In this document: piece after piece, positions 1 through 9,752 of the stretch
Position numbering within the stretch: position 1 is the first letter of the stretch
Layout: every line of letters starts with the position of its first letter
Assembly: GCA_036488585.1 (NCBI GenBank)
Contig: DASXHH010000009.1
Coordinates: forward strand, 64,399-128,398
DNA: 64,000 nt
From: Candidatus Saccharimonadia bacterium
GTDB lineage: Bacteria > Patescibacteriota > Saccharimonadia > UBA4664
Reading direction: 5' to 3'
Made by a program: the position numbers and the translations under genes
Notes under the pieces: generated by a model
What the model was told of the DNA's origin: nothing
Databases searched by the model: none
Seen by the model: the letters and a program-made list of their open reading frames with translations, nothing else

Positions 1-266
1 ACGGCCGCGCCCACAGCATCCACCAGCAGGCGCACCTTTACGCCGGCCCTGGCGCGCTCGCACAGTGCGTCGGCGAACTCATTGGCGATGTGACTGCGCC
101 AATAGACGTAGGTGGAGAACTCAATGGTGCTCTTTGCCTCGCGAACGGCTTCCAGCATGGAGGGGAAAATTTCGTCACCATTCTGCAAAATGATGAGCGA
201 ATTTCCTGGCCGGTAGGGTGACCCGGCGGCCGCCTCGGTGACATGAATAAAAGGATTTGAAGACAT
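1..266 (-). CDS. Phospholipase D family / cardiolipin synthase-like protein, 5' fragment (gene continues past window start)
   Basis: Absent from the ORF track because it runs off the window edge. Minus-strand ATG at 266-264 with an open frame down to base 1. Translation MSSNPFIHVTEAAAGSPYRPGNSLIILQNGDEIFPSMLEAVREAKSTIEFSTYVYW...AGVKVRLLVDAVGAA resembles the N-terminal region of Cls/PLD enzymes. It lies 17 nt downstream of the lipase stop on the same strand. Confidence 0.55.
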   Translation of the reverse strand, partial: MSSNPFIHVTEAAAGSPYRPGNSLIILQNGDEIFPSMLEAVREAKSTIEFSTYVYWRSHIANEFADALCERARAGVKVRLLVDAVGAA

Positions 267-282
267 ATCTTGGTATTTTACC

Positions 283-1614
283 TTAATGTGGGCAATTGCT
301 CGCCTGAGGCAGCCCGGCTTCGAGTGCATGCATCCAGGCCAAAGTGTCGGAGAAGCTGCGGACCATAGTGTTGTAGTGAGTGGCGTCCTGGTATTCGGCC
401 AGCTGGACGGGGCCGGTACTGGAGCGACAGAGCGTGGTGAAGGCAGCCTGCTGCTGGGCTGGCAGTACCACGTTGTCTTGTGTGCCGCCGTTGATGCGTT
501 TGGCACTGGAGGTACTGAGTGCTCCGACCGCATTTTTATCCATGTCATCGCCAAAACTGGCGAACGGTGTGCCGGCCCATTGGCCGCTCGTGAGGGTTTG
601 TAGGAACTCCGGGGTGTAGACGCCGTCGGGCTTGTGGCCCCAGTGGATAATGTCGGTGTCGATGCAGTGGGCCGGCACATCTTTATTCAAGGTGCTGAGG
701 AATTGAGGCACTAGAATTTGATTATTCGGGTATTGGCCATGGTAGTAATCGGAGTAGCTGTAAAGCAGGTAGGGGCCAAACCAGTTGATATTGGCGCCAT
801 GCGTGACGTCGGCTAGCGTCTCTTTTACATCCATGACTGGACCAAATCCGACCACGCCCTTGTCTTTGATTTCAGGTGCGTAACTGGCGGCGATTTTGTC
901 GGCCCAAAACGCGGCGTGGCCACCCTGTGAGTAGCCAGACAAGAAGACGGAGCCGGTGTCGAGTCGGCCGCGAGCCGCCGGCAGGTGTTTAAGTGCTCGC
1001 ACACTGTCGAGGAGGGCCCGGCCTTCTAATTCCCCCACCATGTAGTGGTGGATGCGAGACGAATCGCGCATGCCTTCGTAGTCGGTGGTGACCACGGCGA
1101 AGCCTTGTGAGGCGTAGGCGGCCAGGTGCGAGTCATAGTTGGCCCAGTTGGCCACTTTAGGTTTTTCGAGGCTGGCGGCGCATTCGTCGCCGATGCCGGT
1201 GGTGCCGGGAGCAAAAGCAAAGATCGGCAGATTGGTGCGAGGCACTGTCGGCAAGTAGGCGCGCCCGTACACTGTGATGTCTTCACCTGTGGGCAGCTCA
1301 GAGCGGTAGTGGAAGACATATTTGGTGATGCCCGTGGCGACTGGCGGCATTGAAGAGCCGTAGTCTTCCTTGGCCAGGGCATCGGTTTGAGCAGCGGTGT
1401 AAGCCTGAGTACTATCAATGCCGAGCAGGTCACCGGGTCGGGGTTGCAGCAGAGCGGCAGCATCGGGCAGTGTGGGAGCGGGAGACGGCACTTTGGATCC
1501 CACGGCCCACCAGTAGAAGTACAATAAGGCGAAGGCCAACGCTGCTAACACCCAAAACCGCCAGCGTAGACGATGCTTCAGGCGACGGTTGAAAACATAG
1601 TGCTTGATTGCCAC
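283..1614 (-). CDS. Secretory lipase (LIP family) serine hydrolase, signal-anchored
   Basis: 443 aa with an N-terminal hydrophobic segment and a GYSQGG nucleophile elbow (GxSxG). Architecture fits the secretory lipase family. GTG start 3 nt after the GNAT stop suggests translational coupling. Confidence 0.6.
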   Translation of the reverse strand: MAIKHYVFNRRLKHRLRWRFWVLAALAFALLYFYWWAVGSKVPSPAPTLPDAAALLQPRPGDLLGIDSTQAYTAAQTDALAKEDYGSSMPPVATGITKYVFHYRSELPTGEDITVYGRAYLPTVPRTNLPIFAFAPGTTGIGDECAASLEKPKVANWANYDSHLAAYASQGFAVVTTDYEGMRDSSRIHHYMVGELEGRALLDSVRALKHLPAARGRLDTGSVFLSGYSQGGHAAFWADKIAASYAPEIKDKGVVGFGPVMDVKETLADVTHGANINWFGPYLLYSYSDYYHGQYPNNQILVPQFLSTLNKDVPAHCIDTDIIHWGHKPDGVYTPEFLQTLTSGQWAGTPFASFGDDMDKNAVGALSTSSAKRINGGTQDNVVLPAQQQAAFTTLCRSSTGPVQLAEYQDATHYNTMVRSFSDTLAWMHALEAGLPQASNCPH

Positions 1615-1616
1615 CG

Positions 1617-2090
1617 CTAGCCTTTTACCTTGAACGTTAGGATGTCCATGCTAACACCATCTTGCATCGTACTGTGATGGAATTTAAAGCCCTGACGCTC
1701 GTAATAGCGTCGGTGGTCGTGGGTAGCGAGCGACACTACATCAGCCCCCCGCTCGGCGAGCAATTTAAGCATGCGGGATAGGAGTTTGAGGCCAGTGTTA
1801 CGGCCACGCTGGTCGGGATCCACATACAGCCAAAACAGCTGAGCTGGTCCCGTGACCGGCGCTGCGCCAATGGCGTAGCCGATGAGGTGGCCGTCCTGTT
1901 TGGCTATTAGCAGTACTCGGCGACGGTTGAAGTAGCCCTGAAGCAGATTCAATAGCGAGTGATCGCGAGCGACTTTGACGCGGGCATCGGCCGGAAAGTA
2001 ACTAAAGTGCTCTTCGACTGCCCGAACGAAGACGTGGCGTAGGACGGGCAAATCAAAGATAGAGGCCTGTGTAATAGTTAAGCGACCCAT
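1617..2090 (-). CDS. GNAT family N-acetyltransferase
   Basis: 157 aa with an acetyl-CoA binding motif A-like QRGRNTGLKLL and GNAT fold length. Confidence 0.7.
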   Translation of the reverse strand: MGRLTITQASIFDLPVLRHVFVRAVEEHFSYFPADARVKVARDHSLLNLLQGYFNRRRVLLIAKQDGHLIGYAIGAAPVTGPAQLFWLYVDPDQRGRNTGLKLLSRMLKLLAERGADVVSLATHDHRRYYERQGFKFHHSTMQDGVSMDILTFKVKG

Positions 2091-2156
2091 AAAGCTTATC
2101 CTAACTTATCTAACCGTGCGTAGGAAGACCCCGCACCTCGATTGGGGCGTAGGCGC

Positions 2157-2660
2157 TCATTTAGCGGCCGCTACCTCTTTTTCGCGCTGGCGACGCCGAG
2201 CGCGGGATTCGGCTCGGCGATCAGCCTCGTTTTTAGCCAGGTGTTTTACCGACTCCATCTCAGAGGTAAGGTCTTTGATGTCTACGCCCTGCTTGTCGGC
2301 CAGGCGGACCAATGTGCGCATGATGATAGCGATTTCGCGCTCGGACTGAACGTCGGTTTCGTAGTCGAGCTGGGAGCGGATTTCGGATTTATCAGCGGCG
2401 CGGTTCTGGCTGATCATGACAAAGGTGGAGAGGAAGATAGCCTCGAGGGAAACGATCATGGTGAGCAATCCAAACGGAAATTTGTCGAACTCATAGCCGA
2501 CGCCAAGCAAGCCCAGACCCGCCGCAATCCAGACGCCGAACCAGATCGCGTGAAAGTAGACGAAGTTCATGTTGCCGGCGAGCGAGGTAATAGCGTCGGC
2601 CGCCTTGTCTTCAAAGTCACGGAATTGCTTGATATATAGGTTTGGGTTAATGAGCGCCAT
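2157..2660 (-). CDS. DUF1003 family membrane protein
   Basis: 167 aa with two TM helices followed by ISQNRAADKSEIRSQLDYETDVQSEREI and a charged C-terminal tail, typical of DUF1003. Upstream minus-strand extended -10 TGtTATACT at 2697-2689. Confidence 0.5.
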   Translation of the reverse strand: MALINPNLYIKQFRDFEDKAADAITSLAGNMNFVYFHAIWFGVWIAAGLGLLGVGYEFDKFPFGLLTMIVSLEAIFLSTFVMISQNRAADKSEIRSQLDYETDVQSEREIAIIMRTLVRLADKQGVDIKDLTSEMESVKHLAKNEADRRAESRARRRQREKEVAAAK

Positions 2661-2818
2661 GTTTGTGCCCTGCTTATTTGCTGGCGTAAGTATAACAAAA
2701 TTGTTGGCGCGGACGCTTGCACCTCTCGCGGCCGGAGAGCATTTACGCCGCGGTCAAGGCTAGCAGAGAAGGGCGGCGGCTAACAGGTTAACATGATGAG
2801 GAGCGAGTTTTAGCTTCA

Positions 2819-4402
2819 TTACCCCCATTCTACCGTGGCGGGCGGTTTATCGGAGATCCGGTAAACAACGGCGGCGACTTCGCGGATTTCGTTGGTGAGC
2901 CGACGGGAAACGTGGCGCAGGAAGTCGTAGGGTAGCTCGGCCCACTCTACGGTGAAACCGTTGGTGCTCCAGACGGCCCAGAGTGCGAGCACCAGGCCGG
3001 TGCCGGCGTCGTCGCCCTTGGTGAAGGTGTGCCCAGAGGTGGTGACTACGGCGCCGGCCTGCCAACTGGATTCGTAGAGGCCGGCCCGACGCAACTCCTC
3101 GATGAAGATGCCATCGGCCTGGCGAGCGATGTGGAGCTTATCGGCTGTCACTTCGCCCTCGATGCGCACGATTAGGCCGGGGCCGGGGAACGGGTGGCGC
3201 ACCAGCAGCTCTTCGGGCAGACCGAGGTTACGGCCGATGGCGCGGGCAGTGTCTTTGACCATGTCGTCGAGCGGGGTGAGCTCGGGTACGGAAAAGCCGA
3301 GGTTGGCGTTATGATGGAGCTTGATTTGGGCTTTGCGAGCGCCGGACTGGTGGCCGCCACCCGACTCGGTAAGGTCGGTATAGAGAGTGCCCTGAGCGAT
3401 AAAGGCGGCTTTGAATTTGGCGGCTTCGGTTTCGAGTACCTGCTTGTATATGCCCCGCATGGCAACGCGTTTGTCGTGCATAGCGGTAATACCGGCCAGC
3501 GCCTTCAGGAACTCGGCGGTGGCGTCATGAATGTGAAGATCTAGATGGCTGAAATATTGCCTTACGAAAGCTTCGTCGTCCGGACGGTCGATGCCGCGAA
3601 TGTAAATGGCGCGGACTTGGCCCGGCTTGAGGGCTTTAGTAAGAAGAGCCGCCACCACCGACGAATCGCTGCCGCCGGACAATGCCAAAAGCACACGCTT
3701 GTTCCCTACCTGGGCGCGGATGTCTTTAGCCTTGAGACCAGCAACATCACCGGCCGGAAAACGGTCCTGCGCTCCGCAAATGCCAAACACGAAGTTCTCG
3801 AGCAGCCTGAGGCCGTCCTCGCCGGCTGTGACCTCTGGATGGAACTGCACGCCCCAGAGGTGGCGCAAGTGGCCGGCAGCGACCGGAGCGTTGTCGGTGG
3901 TGGCTAGGACTTCGATGCTGGGGCTGGGCTCGATGCGGTCACCGTGGCTTTGCAATACCTGTGATCCCGACTGGATGCCTGCAAACAGCGGTGAGTCGAC
4001 GGTGAGTTTGAGTGGATGCCTGCCAAACTCCCGGTGTGCCGCGGCCCCCACTCGGGCGCCGCGATGGGCGGCCCACATCTGAAAGCCCAGGCAAATGCCG
4101 AGCACTGGAATGCCGAGGTCGAACACCGAGAGATCGAACGGCGGGTTGTCCGACGCCGACGACGGACCGCCCGACACAATGATACCGGTGGGGTTTAGCT
4201 TCATAACGCCCGCAGCCGTCACTTGCTCCGGGTCGGCCACCAGGCAGTAGACGCCCAGCCGGTCGAGCGCGAGTTTGATGAGATGGTCGAATTGGCTCCC
4301 CATGGCAAAAAGTAAAAACAGCTCTCGCGTGTGGCGCAGCTGTTTCTCGGATTCGATCTCGCTGAGGGTCTCGGGCGTAACCTGAGTGAGCGTACTTATC
4401 AT
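2819..4402 (-). CDS. guaA: GMP synthase (glutamine-hydrolysing)
   Basis: 527 aa. GATase1 catalytic Cys motif GICLGFQMW, ATP pyrophosphatase P-loop SGGSDSSV and a C-terminal dimerisation domain. Start overlaps the msrA stop (ATGA). Confidence 0.9.
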   Translation of the reverse strand: MISTLTQVTPETLSEIESEKQLRHTRELFLLFAMGSQFDHLIKLALDRLGVYCLVADPEQVTAAGVMKLNPTGIIVSGGPSSASDNPPFDLSVFDLGIPVLGICLGFQMWAAHRGARVGAAAHREFGRHPLKLTVDSPLFAGIQSGSQVLQSHGDRIEPSPSIEVLATTDNAPVAAGHLRHLWGVQFHPEVTAGEDGLRLLENFVFGICGAQDRFPAGDVAGLKAKDIRAQVGNKRVLLALSGGSDSSVVAALLTKALKPGQVRAIYIRGIDRPDDEAFVRQYFSHLDLHIHDATAEFLKALAGITAMHDKRVAMRGIYKQVLETEAAKFKAAFIAQGTLYTDLTESGGGHQSGARKAQIKLHHNANLGFSVPELTPLDDMVKDTARAIGRNLGLPEELLVRHPFPGPGLIVRIEGEVTADKLHIARQADGIFIEELRRAGLYESSWQAGAVVTTSGHTFTKGDDAGTGLVLALWAVWSTNGFTVEWAELPYDFLRHVSRRLTNEIREVAAVVYRISDKPPATVEWG

Positions 4403-4950
4403 AGGTGCTCTTTTAAACGCGCGCTGAATTTTTCACGCAATTTGTGCAATTTCGGGTTAATTACAACCTGACAGTAAGCCTGCTCTGGGTTGTTGCGGTA
4501 ATAATTGTGATGGTAAGGCTCGGCCTCGTAGAAGTGACCCAGAGGCAACAACTCGGTCACGATGGGGTCGGAGATTTCCGACTGAGCCTCTTTGATGGAC
4601 TCCCGAGCGACGTGATGCTGGTTCTCGTCTAGGTAAAAGATGATGGACCGGTACTCTGACCCAATGTCGTTACCTTGGCGATCTTTGGTGGTGGGATCAT
4701 GGATGACCCAGAAGATGTCGAGGAGCTGGCGGAACGAAATTTGCTGGGGGTCGAATTCAATACGCACAACCTCAACATGACCGGTGCTGCCGGTAGATAC
4801 CTGTTCGTAGGTTGGGTCGGAAGCGCGCCCACCGGCATAGCCAGGGACTACCCGCTCTACGCCCCGAACCATCTGGTACGAGGCCTCCAAGCACCAAAAG
4901 CAACCCCCTGCCAGTACGGCTGTTTCGAGATGATGGAGCTCGTGGGTCAT
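4399..4950 (-). CDS. msrA: Peptide methionine sulfoxide reductase MsrA
   Basis: 183 aa with the GGCFWC active-site motif and collinear similarity to MsrA. Confidence 0.85.
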   Translation of the reverse strand: MTHELHHLETAVLAGGCFWCLEASYQMVRGVERVVPGYAGGRASDPTYEQVSTGSTGHVEVVRIEFDPQQISFRQLLDIFWVIHDPTTKDRQGNDIGSEYRSIIFYLDENQHHVARESIKEAQSEISDPIVTELLPLGHFYEAEPYHHNYYRNNPEQAYCQVVINPKLHKLREKFSARLKEHL

Positions 4951-5067
4951 ATTGTTTGTAGTCTACCAAAGATGGGCTAGACTTTGGCATGGAAAATTGA
5001 GGTTATGCCGATGAATTGGTAGTGGCGTCGGAGCATGATGGGTTCAGATTTAACAAATGGAGGCATC

Positions 5068-5481
5068 ATGGATAAACGTGAGGTAAGAGTGAGCCGGGTG
5101 GGTCTGGGCCCGCTAGCGCTATTTGAGGGCCTGCTGGCGGCGGTGCTGGGATTTACAGTATCGGTGTTGGCATGGATTTCGACGACGACCTCGTGGACGG
5201 CTTCCACACAGACGACGCTGCGTGGCTTGCTATTTGGGCTAGCACCAGGGCTGGGCGCCGTGATTTTGGACACGATCATCTACTTTGTGGTCGGCCTGAT
5301 CATTGGCTACGTGCACGGCGCGCTGTTTAATCTGGTGGCCAGCTGGATGGGCGGCGCCGAGGTGGCCACTCGTGACTACGGCGAGGACGAAGAGGTGGCG
5401 CGAACGGCACCGGCTCGCATGCGACGGGCCGAGCCAACCTTTGGCGAAACAGTGGACAACCGGCGGCGAATGGACCGATAG
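5068..5481 (+). CDS. Hypothetical membrane protein
   Basis: ORF track gives a start at 5035. Internal ATG at 5068 is preceded by GGAGG at 5059-5063. Several predicted TM helices and no recognisable domain. Confidence 0.35.
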   Translation: MDKREVRVSRVGLGPLALFEGLLAAVLGFTVSVLAWISTTTSWTASTQTTLRGLLFGLAPGLGAVILDTIIYFVVGLIIGYVHGALFNLVASWMGGAEVATRDYGEDEEVARTAPARMRRAEPTFGETVDNRRRMDR

Positions 5482-5500
5482 TCGGAGCTTACTCCAACAG

Positions 5501-5530
5501 AAAGGCGGCCTTGCGGCCGCCTTTCGTTTA
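5501..5530 (+). terminator. Rho-independent terminator
   Basis: aaaggcggcc-ttgc-ggccgccttt perfect 10-bp stem followed by cgttta, 20 nt after the stop of the 5068-5481 gene. Confidence 0.5.
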
Positions 5531-5802
5531 GATAGTCTTTTGAAGTCTCGACTTTTTGGCACCTGCAGTACCCAGCAAAAGGAGCAAACTCAACTTTTGC
5601 GTTTTGGTATCGTGGCTCCACCCCGACTATCTGTCTATTTATTAGCACAACCGTTATGGCGGCGTCAATTAGATTTATCCACATTTTGGAGCAAACCTGG
5701 ACGCTGGACAGATTATTTGCTAACTTTGTTGACGGTCGCTGACATCGGGCGCCCAGTCCAAAATCCTGGCGGCGAGATCGCCCCCCGACAGTAAGGACGC
5801 GC

Positions 5803-6282
5803 ATGACGCAAGAGCACGACGACCGGCCAGTGGTCCTCGTATACATGTGTTCTGACGAACGGTTTGATGGAAGTACTGGCCGTATGGCCGAGCTCAAGAA
5901 GTTCTATGAGGTCCGCGGCTACAAGGTCTACTTCGTGCGAGTGGCGGCCACCGCCAACTGGCTGGCCGACGCCGACGAAAGCTCACACCTACTGAGCATG
6001 AGCCAGCCATTCCTGCTGAGCGCAAGGATAGTGATAGTGGAGGCCCACATGACCTGCGTGGGCCTGCGCAACATCTACGCCCAGCGCGGCCTCACCGCGC
6101 TAAAGGACGCAGACGAGGAAACGGTGCATAAGGGGCATCTGCTGATCGGGGCACACCGAGTAGTGACGGAGCTGAGGCGACTCGGCAACACTTATGCCGC
6201 AGTACACGCCCAACTAAACCATATGACCTCGACCGCGGAGAGGATCGGCATATGGTCAACCTCCCCATCTAGTGATAGCTAG
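5803..6282 (+). CDS. Hypothetical protein with beta-alpha-beta (TIR/flavodoxin-like) N-terminus
   Basis: 159 aa. N-terminus PVVLVYMCSDERFDG...AELKKFYEVRGYKVYF resembles the first strand-helix-strand of TIR/DUF1863 or flavodoxin-like folds, but the assignment is not secure. Preceded by about 270 nt of non-coding, A/T-richer DNA. Confidence 0.3.
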   Translation: MTQEHDDRPVVLVYMCSDERFDGSTGRMAELKKFYEVRGYKVYFVRVAATANWLADADESSHLLSMSQPFLLSARIVIVEAHMTCVGLRNIYAQRGLTALKDADEETVHKGHLLIGAHRVVTELRRLGNTYAAVHAQLNHMTSTAERIGIWSTSPSSDS

Positions 6283-6295
6283 TTCCCGGTCGCGG

Positions 6296-6334
6296 GCGCC
6301 CCATGCTGTGATTAGGTGGGGCGCTTTGCGTTTT
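6296..6334 (+). terminator. Hairpin terminator between convergent genes
   Basis: gcgcccca-(13 nt loop)-tggggcgc 8-bp stem followed by tttgcgtttt. It sits between the stop of the 5803-6282 gene and the stop of zwf. Confidence 0.4.
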
Positions 6335-6339
6335 AGGGG

Positions 6340-7701
6340 CTAGTTAATGTTCGCGGCGGGAGTGCCCGGATCGTAGATGGTGAGGCCATCGCCATTTTTT
6401 GACCATTCCCGCACCACGGCCTCCACGATTTCCCACGAAGCGATAACCTCGTCGGAGGTGGCAAACAGGGTTTGGTCACCTCGAATGCCATCCATAAGCA
6501 CACGTTCGTAGGCGTTGGGCTGGGTTTTTAGACCGAAGCTCTCGGCGTAAGTAAAGGCCATTTCGACCTGCTCTGTCTTATTGTCGAGGCCAGGCTTCTT
6601 GGCTTGCAGGTCGATATCAATGCCCTCGTCCGGCTGGATGCGGAAACGGAGAGTGTTGGGCGTACTACCCTGCTGAGCTGCAAAGGTGATGACGATTTCG
6701 GTGCTGCGCTTATTGAGCCTTTTGCCGGTCTGGAGCGTAAGGTTCACCTCGTTCCAGCGCTCGTTGCCTATGCGCAGCTTCAAGCGCGCGAAGGTTTCAG
6801 TTGTAGAGTCGGGGTTGCCGACTTCCTCGGCGTAACCGCGATATTGACCCCGGGCGGATACTTCGGCTACTTTGTTGGGCTTGATCTTTCGGATGGATCT
6901 CAAGAGTTTTAGCTTTTCCCGGTGAATGTGGTCCGAGTCCAAAACCCGAGGTTTCTCCATGGTAGTAATGGCAAGCAGTTGCAGGAGATGGTTCTGAACG
7001 AAATCGCGCAGGGCGCCGGTCGATTCATAGAAAGCGGCACGACCCTCAACACCGATGGTCTCGGATGCCGTAATAGTAATATCCTGGATGCTGCCGGAGT
7101 CCCAAACGGCTTCGAAAATGGGGTTAGTAAAGCGGAAGACCAGGATGTTTTGGGCGGTCTCTTTGGCCAGGTAATGATCGATGCGGTAAATTTGGGATTC
7201 TTTGAAGCTGTGCTTGATGCGGGCGATGAGTTCGCGGGCGGATTCCAAATCGTAGCCGAACGGCTTTTCGATCATGACGCGGCTATCGGCCTCGCCGTGC
7301 TGGCAGCCGGTGTTGAGGCCGCTCGTTCCAAGGAGGTCCACGACCGGTCCATATGTACCCGGAGGGATCGAGAGGTAGAACAAGCGGTTCAGGCAGACCC
7401 CGCGCTCGTCTTCGATGCGGTCGAGGGTGGATTTGAGGGCGCGGTAATCCGCTTCTAGCGTCGGGTCCATTTGGACGATGCGCAGACGGCCGGCCAGTTG
7501 AGCTGCGGCCTCTGAACTGACCTGCCCCAGCACATCTGCGGCAGTGACCCGGCGACGGGTTGTGCCGATGATCTCAAATTGCTCAGGCAAGAGGTTCTGG
7601 GCTGCCAGGTCGCTGAGCGCGGGCAAAAGATAGCGCCGCGACAGATCGCCAGTGATACCGAAGATCACCAACAGGCCGGAGGTGAGGGGCGTTTTGTTCA
7701 T
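6340..7701 (-). CDS. zwf: Glucose-6-phosphate 1-dehydrogenase (NADP-type)
   Basis: 453 aa with N-terminal dinucleotide fold IFGITGDLSRRYLLPAL and active-site motif RIDHYLAKE. Start overlaps the gnd stop. Confidence 0.9.
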   Translation of the reverse strand: MNKTPLTSGLLVIFGITGDLSRRYLLPALSDLAAQNLLPEQFEIIGTTRRRVTAADVLGQVSSEAAAQLAGRLRIVQMDPTLEADYRALKSTLDRIEDERGVCLNRLFYLSIPPGTYGPVVDLLGTSGLNTGCQHGEADSRVMIEKPFGYDLESARELIARIKHSFKESQIYRIDHYLAKETAQNILVFRFTNPIFEAVWDSGSIQDITITASETIGVEGRAAFYESTGALRDFVQNHLLQLLAITTMEKPRVLDSDHIHREKLKLLRSIRKIKPNKVAEVSARGQYRGYAEEVGNPDSTTETFARLKLRIGNERWNEVNLTLQTGKRLNKRSTEIVITFAAQQGSTPNTLRFRIQPDEGIDIDLQAKKPGLDNKTEQVEMAFTYAESFGLKTQPNAYERVLMDGIRGDQTLFATSDEVIASWEIVEAVVREWSKNGDGLTIYDPGTPAANIN

Positions 7702-8603
7702 GACTTATTAATAGCGTGGCCGCCGAAGCCGTGACGCATGGCCGCTAAAAGTTTGGTGCCGAAGTTGGTATGGCCCTGCTGCGAGGCGAGGCGGACATCC
7801 ATGGCAGCTTGGATGGCGGGCATGGGCAGATCTTGCGATGCCGCGGTCTCGAGGGTCCAGCGGGCCTCGCCGGTTTCGGCCACGAAGCCGTCGATACCTT
7901 CGAGGTTGGGATTAGCGCGCAGGGCCTCGCCGGTGAGGCGGTTGAGCAGCGATTCCACCACGCTGCCGTGTTGCCAGATGGCGGCGATCTGCGCCAGGTT
8001 GAGGTCGGGGTAATCGTGGCCGGTCTTAAGCAAGTTGAAGCCCTCTGCCAGCGATTCCATCATGCCGTATTCGATGGCGTTGTGAATCATCTTCACGTAG
8101 TGTCCGGAGCCGGCGGGTCCCATGTGAGCCCAGCCGCCGGGTTGGGCCAGAGCTTGGAAGAGCGGAGCGAGGCGGTCAATAGCCGCTTTGTCGCCGCCAA
8201 CCATGATGCAGTAACCGGCGGTGGCACCGAGGATGCCGCCGGAGGTGCCGGCGTCCACCAACGTGACGCCGCGTTCAGCGGCCAAGGCGGCGCGGCGCTT
8301 AGTTTCGCGATAATCCGAGTTGCCGCCGTCGACTATAATGCCCCCCTTAGGCATGAGATCGATGATTTTGGCCATCTCGTTTTCTATCACATCGGACGGA
8401 ATCATCAGCCAAACGATGGGATCTGGGCCGAGGTCGCCGACGAGAGTTTTATAATCGGCCGCCGCGCTAGCGCCGGTTTCGGACGCGGCCTGGGCGACAT
8501 GTTCCGGATTGCGGCCGGTAACGACCACTTCATGGCCGGCCTTCACTAGTCGTCCCACCATGTTGCCGCCCATGCGACCGAGACCGATAAATCCGATTTT
8601 CAT
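7698..8603 (-). CDS. gnd: 6-phosphogluconate dehydrogenase (decarboxylating), short ~300-aa form
   Basis: 301 aa with Rossmann motif MKIGFIGLGRMGGNMVGRL. It is a short YqeC/Gnd-like form and overlaps pgl (ATGA). Confidence 0.8.
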   Translation of the reverse strand: MKIGFIGLGRMGGNMVGRLVKAGHEVVVTGRNPEHVAQAASETGASAAADYKTLVGDLGPDPIVWLMIPSDVIENEMAKIIDLMPKGGIIVDGGNSDYRETKRRAALAAERGVTLVDAGTSGGILGATAGYCIMVGGDKAAIDRLAPLFQALAQPGGWAHMGPAGSGHYVKMIHNAIEYGMMESLAEGFNLLKTGHDYPDLNLAQIAAIWQHGSVVESLLNRLTGEALRANPNLEGIDGFVAETGEARWTLETAASQDLPMPAIQAAMDVRLASQQGHTNFGTKLLAAMRHGFGGHAINKS

Positions 8604-9274
8604 AGCGTTTCTCCTTTGTAATCATTAAATATGGCCAGACTGGGAGCCTGCTTAAGGGCTTGAGCGGATTGCTCGGTATAGGGCAACTGCTGGCTCAACC
8701 GTTCGAGTTGGGGGTGCTTGGACTCGCCCACCGCGTATACCACGGCCTCGTCGAGGCGGGCGATGGCGGCCGGGGTGCTGGAGATGCGACGGAAGTCGCC
8801 GGCCTCATAGTAAGCCGCCAGTTCTACGTGGTCGGGGGCGTTTTGAGCGGGTAGGCCGGCGGTGTGGCCGTCGGGACCGATACCGAAGAGGCCCAGGTGG
8901 TACCCACCGGCGGCCAGCTCGTGCGCCAGGACGTCGGCAAAAGCAGCCGTGTCGGCGGCAATATCTGAGCCGGTGAGTACTGGCAGCAGCCGCGCGCCAG
9001 GCAGCTTAAACCCGGCACGAGCGAGCTGGAACCAGTTGGAATCGGGGTGCCCAACTGGCCCAGGGCGCTCGTCGGTGAGGGTAACGGTGAGGTGCTCGAG
9101 CGGAGTTCCGCCCAGCGCCGCCGCCACTTCGACCTCTACAGCGACGGCCGAGCCACCCGAAACTTCCCACAGCACCCGCTCCCCTGCCCGTAGATGAGTG
9201 CCGATGGTGTCGGCCAGATATTTTACGAGCGGTTGGGGTGACGAAATTTTAATAAAACGCGGTGTCATAGCCAA
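8600..9274 (-). CDS. pgl: 6-phosphogluconolactonase
   Basis: 224 aa with the GIGPDGHTAGL motif characteristic of Pgl/DevB and operon context with zwf and gnd. Confidence 0.8.
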   Translation of the reverse strand: MAMTPRFIKISSPQPLVKYLADTIGTHLRAGERVLWEVSGGSAVAVEVEVAAALGGTPLEHLTVTLTDERPGPVGHPDSNWFQLARAGFKLPGARLLPVLTGSDIAADTAAFADVLAHELAAGGYHLGLFGIGPDGHTAGLPAQNAPDHVELAAYYEAGDFRRISSTPAAIARLDEAVVYAVGESKHPQLERLSQQLPYTEQSAQALKQAPSLAIFNDYKGETL

Positions 9275-9702
9275 TGTCCGTCGCGCATGAGCATACGGCC
9301 CTCCAATTCTTCCTCACTTTGCCAAGCCTGTACCGATACCGGCGTCATCACAAGGTAAACCCAATCGCCGGTGGCGGTGCGGGGGTCCCACTGGTTGCGA
9401 GCGTTAAAGTGTTCGCTAACTTGGGGGTCGGCCTCGGTCACGGGTACGAGTTTTACCTGAACATCGAGCAAGAGCACGTCTCGGGTGTCACCGACCGCCA
9501 GCCGTGCGAGCTCTGAGGCCTTGATATTGCGCACGGTGATGGAAGCTGATGGAGTGGCCGCAACCACACGCGTACCATCCCAATCGAGCGAGAATGGTAC
9601 CAGATGAGGACGGCCGCGGTGATCGGCGGTGGCTACCCAGACGTCACGCTGAGTTTGCAACTGGTAGTGAGCATGGTCTTGGCGGACCTTGAGTGTTCGC
9701 AT
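9265..9702 (-). CDS. PPOX class F420-dependent / pyridoxamine 5'-phosphate oxidase family protein
   Basis: 145 aa small split-barrel flavin-binding fold (HRGRPHLVPFSLDWDGTRVV...). Heads the pgl-gnd-zwf transcription unit. Confidence 0.5.
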   Translation of the reverse strand: MRTLKVRQDHAHYQLQTQRDVWVATADHRGRPHLVPFSLDWDGTRVVAATPSASITVRNIKASELARLAVGDTRDVLLLDVQVKLVPVTEADPQVSEHFNARNQWDPRTATGDWVYLVMTPVSVQAWQSEEELEGRMLMRDGHWL

Positions 9703-9752
9703 ACGTGAATAATAACAGGGCGGACGGGGATTTTACGCCTTATAGTGGAGAT

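Noticed and set aside
38-244. 68-aa minus-strand ORF at the window start
   Set aside because: It is Pro/Ser/Arg-rich junk in the wrong frame. The overlapping frame starting at 266 encodes a convincing PLD/cardiolipin-synthase N-terminus running off the window edge.
7770-8549. 259-aa plus-strand ORF inside gnd
   Set aside because: It is antisense to a well-supported gnd gene and has typical high-GC shadow-ORF composition (Gly/Ala/Arg-rich).
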